Source: Saprospiraceae bacterium (GTDB taxonomy: Bacteria > Bacteroidota > Bacteroidia > Chitinophagales > Saprospiraceae). Taken from it: 44,362 nucleotides of DNA. The notes under the pieces are model-generated. The model searched no databases. It was given only the letters and a program-made list of their open reading frames with translations, and had not been told where the DNA came from. A program made the position numbers and the translations under genes. The stretch spans positions 1-44,362 of the forward strand of contig JAYTON010000669.1 of the NCBI GenBank assembly GCA_043747725.1. Direction: 5' to 3'. Shown piece by piece: positions 42,046-44,362 of the stretch (position 1 is the first letter of the stretch; each line of letters starts with the position of its first letter).

Positions 42046-43197
42046 TCAATTCACTTTTATTTCAATCGTTTTAAACCGCCGTTCAATCTCATATTCTGTT
42101 GCTAAAACCTCATCGGCACGGTTTGTTTTGTAGCCATCGCCAGTGTACTTTTTGCGACCAATATAAGTAGCCACCATCGTAGCCGTATAAGTGCCTGCGG
42201 TGGCGTATTTGTACTTGTACGTTTGCGTTTTACCCTCAAAAACGTAAGGTATGGTTACGCCTGAATTGAAAGTGCGTATCATATTATCAGAAGAACCCAA
42301 GCGAACTTCTTGGATATACACATTGCCTTTGTAAGAAAGCAAATCGCCGTCATCATCTGTAAGGGTTGGCACATCCGCATTGAAAATTAGGCGCACTTCG
42401 TCAATTCCGTTTGCGCCTTTGAGCGTTGGATTGGCTGTACGCCATGCCGTAATAGTGGCGGCGAGGTCAAAACTAAGATTGTCTAACAGTTCTCTGACGG
42501 CCTGGGTAAAATAGGTGACGGCAGATTCCTTTCCGTCAATTACGACTTGAACACCAAAACGCACGCTTTGTCCTTGTGTGGATTGTGGCGTAAAACCATC
42601 GGGGAAAGCGCAGAAAGGGGCAAAAAAGTTGTTCGCCACATTGCTCAATGCGCCTTTGCTGGTCAAAGTGGTATTTGTCCAATTCAACATGGCAGGTAAA
42701 ACCGTTTTATTGGCTTTGAAAGTAAGCGTTTGCGGATTGCCGTCTGCCAATTTCAGTTGAATATAGCGAGAATTGGTAGAGTTTGAATAATCCCAAGGCA
42801 CTAATTTGCCATTATAAACAGCCAAAGCACCTCCTGTATATTTAAAATCAGCAGGAACAGTTTCCACATTTGGCATTCTTAAATAATATTCTTTAAGAGA
42901 GTCAATGCGCTCTGCCAAAAGTTTTGTTCGCAGTTGTTCTTCCGTCAAACCTTGTTGTTCAACGAGGGCAATACGGCTTTTTTTGAAATCTTTACCCGCA
43001 TCGCCTGTGTAAATAGACAAGGCATCTGCCCCTGCCCCAAAGGTGAAAGTGACTTCTTCGCCTTTATTGACAGTGGTTTTATCCGCCGTAAAAGATACGT
43101 CTATGACCTCAACACCTTCTTTGCGACAGCCGATTGTCATCAATAGTGCAAGAGCGAGTAAAAGGCTGTTTTTATAAATAAATCTTATATTTTTCAT
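42046..43197 (-). CDS. PUL-associated surface lipoprotein (SusE/F position), function unknown
   Basis: ORF 42046..43284. The likely start is Met 43197 (MKNIRFIYKNSLLLALALLMTIGC, lipobox). The sequence is beta-rich with a PKD/Ig-like start (DVSFTADKTTVNKGEEVTF). It lies directly downstream of a SusD gene. Confidence 0.6.
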   Translation of the reverse strand: MKNIRFIYKNSLLLALALLMTIGCRKEGVEVIDVSFTADKTTVNKGEEVTFTFGAGADALSIYTGDAGKDFKKSRIALVEQQGLTEEQLRTKLLAERIDSLKEYYLRMPNVETVPADFKYTGGALAVYNGKLVPWDYSNSTNSRYIQLKLADGNPQTLTFKANKTVLPAMLNWTNTTLTSKGALSNVANNFFAPFCAFPDGFTPQSTQGQSVRFGVQVVIDGKESAVTYFTQAVRELLDNLSFDLAATITAWRTANPTLKGANGIDEVRLIFNADVPTLTDDDGDLLSYKGNVYIQEVRLGSSDNMIRTFNSGVTIPYVFEGKTQTYKYKYATAGTYTATMVATYIGRKKYTGDGYKTNRADEVLATEYEIERRFKTIEIKVN

Positions 43198-43234
43198 TGT
43201 TGTTTCTTTAAAAATGATAAATTGATGTACGATA

Positions 43235-43295
43235 TTTGATGTACGATGTACGAAATCGTTAAATAAGTTGGAGTTTTCGTACATCGTACATCAAA
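43235..43295. repeat. Perfect 21-bp inverted repeat (19-nt spacer) between SusD and the downstream lipoprotein gene
   Basis: TTTGATGTACGATGTACGAAA (43235-43255) is complementary to 43275-43295. Extra TTGATGTACGAT and GTACA copies flank it. Confidence 0.8.
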
Positions 43296-43309
43296 CATTG
43301 TACATCTTA

Positions 43310-44362
43310 TTAGAATCCTGCATTTTGCTTCAAATTCGCATTGCGGTCAATTTCAGATTTTGGTATAGGCAAATATTCAAACTTAGGGTCTGAAACTTGC
43401 AATACTTGCTGACCGAAAGGCGTGGTTTGTAGGCTGCGTTTTGTCAAAGGATTGACCAATGTTTTATGTTGCGCTACCCTTGAAACCAATATACCATAAC
43501 GGGTCAAATCATACCATCTTGCGTTTTGTTCACCTGCCAATTCTCTCCAACGTTCGTCCATTAACTCCGCTCTAAATTGGTCACTTGTTAAAGTGGCTGG
43601 GAAGTCTGGAACGTAGTTGGCAGTAGCAGGAAAACTCTTGAAATTGCGAATATCTGGCGCAGCAGGTGCTTCTCGCAAACCTCTGAAAGCGGAAATGTCG
43701 TTGTAATATTTTGTCAAAGTATCGGCTGCGTTTGCTGTTAAGGCGGGTGCAGGCGTTGACCCTACTTTGGCTTGTCTTTTGAAAATATCCCCATACGTTG
43801 CCTTGTAAGGTCCCGTAGCAATAATGCGTGTATCGGTGGTTAAGGTGGGATAATACACAAAGTTTCTTGCTCTATCGCGGAGGAGATTGACGGCAGCCCG
43901 AGCAGTCAAGGTATTACCCGCAGGAGCAGTATTTGGTCCTACCAATTCGTTGACGACTTCTGAATACATCAATAAAACTTCGGCATAGCGCAATACTGGC
44001 AAATCGGCATCATAGGTATTCACTGTATAATTCGGCTGCGTCAAAGGGTTGCGGCGGTATTTGACCAAGCGCACACCCGGTTGTGAACCGAGCGTACCAC
44101 CACCCCAAATAATCGAAAAAGAGGTTTTACCACCCGTTTCAGTCACCACATCAGGCGTTCCTGGATTAAAGCGGAAAGCATTGACATCATTTACAATTTC
44201 AAACCAATAAGGGCGTGTAAATTGGTAAGGTTCGCTTGTTCTCAAAAAGATTTCACAATTTTCACCATCGGGGCAATCGGCTGCGGTATTTTGAAAACCA
44301 GCCACACCATTGACATTAAAACTGCGGAAATCACCTTCTTCAAATGTCCAAAACCGTCTGAC
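43310..44362 (-). CDS. susD: SusD/RagB-family protein, C-terminal part (N-terminus beyond the window)
   Basis: The reading frame stays open to the window edge. Strings are VLRYAEVLLMYSEV, ELMDERWRELAGEQNARWYDLTRYG and the C-terminal NAGF. Confidence 0.8.
   Translation of the reverse strand, partial: VRRFWTFEEGDFRSFNVNGVAGFQNTAADCPDGENCEIFLRTSEPYQFTRPYWFEIVNDVNAFRFNPGTPDVVTETGGKTSFSIIWGGGTLGSQPGVRLVKYRRNPLTQPNYTVNTYDADLPVLRYAEVLLMYSEVVNELVGPNTAPAGNTLTARAAVNLLRDRARNFVYYPTLTTDTRIIATGPYKATYGDIFKRQAKVGSTPAPALTANAADTLTKYYNDISAFRGLREAPAAPDIRNFKSFPATANYVPDFPATLTSDQFRAELMDERWRELAGEQNARWYDLTRYGILVSRVAQHKTLVNPLTKRSLQTTPFGQQVLQVSDPKFEYLPIPKSEIDRNANLKQNAGF

Noticed and set aside
1-44362. tRNA, rRNA, tmRNA or riboswitch genes.
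   Set aside because: No cloverleaf-like or rRNA-like segments were seen in the spacers. The larger spacers are accounted for by palindromic elements, iterons or AT-rich leaders. A covariance-model scan would be needed to exclude small RNAs.

Overview
The window reads as Bacteroidota DNA, AT-rich by eye, with SusC/SusD pairs, a hybrid two-component regulator and TAnnTTTG-type promoter boxes. No searches were run, so all family calls come from motifs I recognised by eye. The backbone is polysaccharide-utilisation (PUL) and sugar-catabolism genes. These are a beta-helix lipoprotein, a clan GH-A glycosidase with FN3 repeats, an HTCS regulator, SusC/SusD, two S1 sulfatases, and GH27, GH43, GH2 and a DUF5060-type enzyme. 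There is also a complete L-arabinose operon (araA-araB-araD plus a Na+/sugar symporter) and the end of a second PUL (partial SusD plus a lipoprotein). Accessory modules sit between these genes. They are two single-gene P-loop ATPase/PD-(D/E)XK proteins, an ABC-ATPase plus RloB/Toprim pair (AbiL/PARIS-like defence candidate), a Fic protein, and a plasmid-type module. The plasmid-type module has a Bro-N protein, ParA, an RHH protein, four 22-bp-phased iterons and a Rep initiator. No integrase, transposase, tRNA, rRNA or CRISPR array was seen. The most unusual signal is not a gene. The non-palindromic 11-mer TACTGAGGGGG (extended form AAAATACTGAGGGGGT) occurs 30 times exactly, 15 per strand, plus at least 8 one-mismatch copies. 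It lies in spacers and inside CDSs in several reading frames. It is nearly absent from the accessory modules, and it flanks both ATPase cassettes as direct repeats. This resembles a DNA-uptake-sequence-like genomic signature. Other unexplained structure includes two roughly 160-170 bp full-length palindromic elements after SusD and a decayed duplicate of the GH43 3' end. There are also phased TGAGACA direct repeats upstream of two PUL genes (candidate HTCS operator) and several long perfect inverted repeats.
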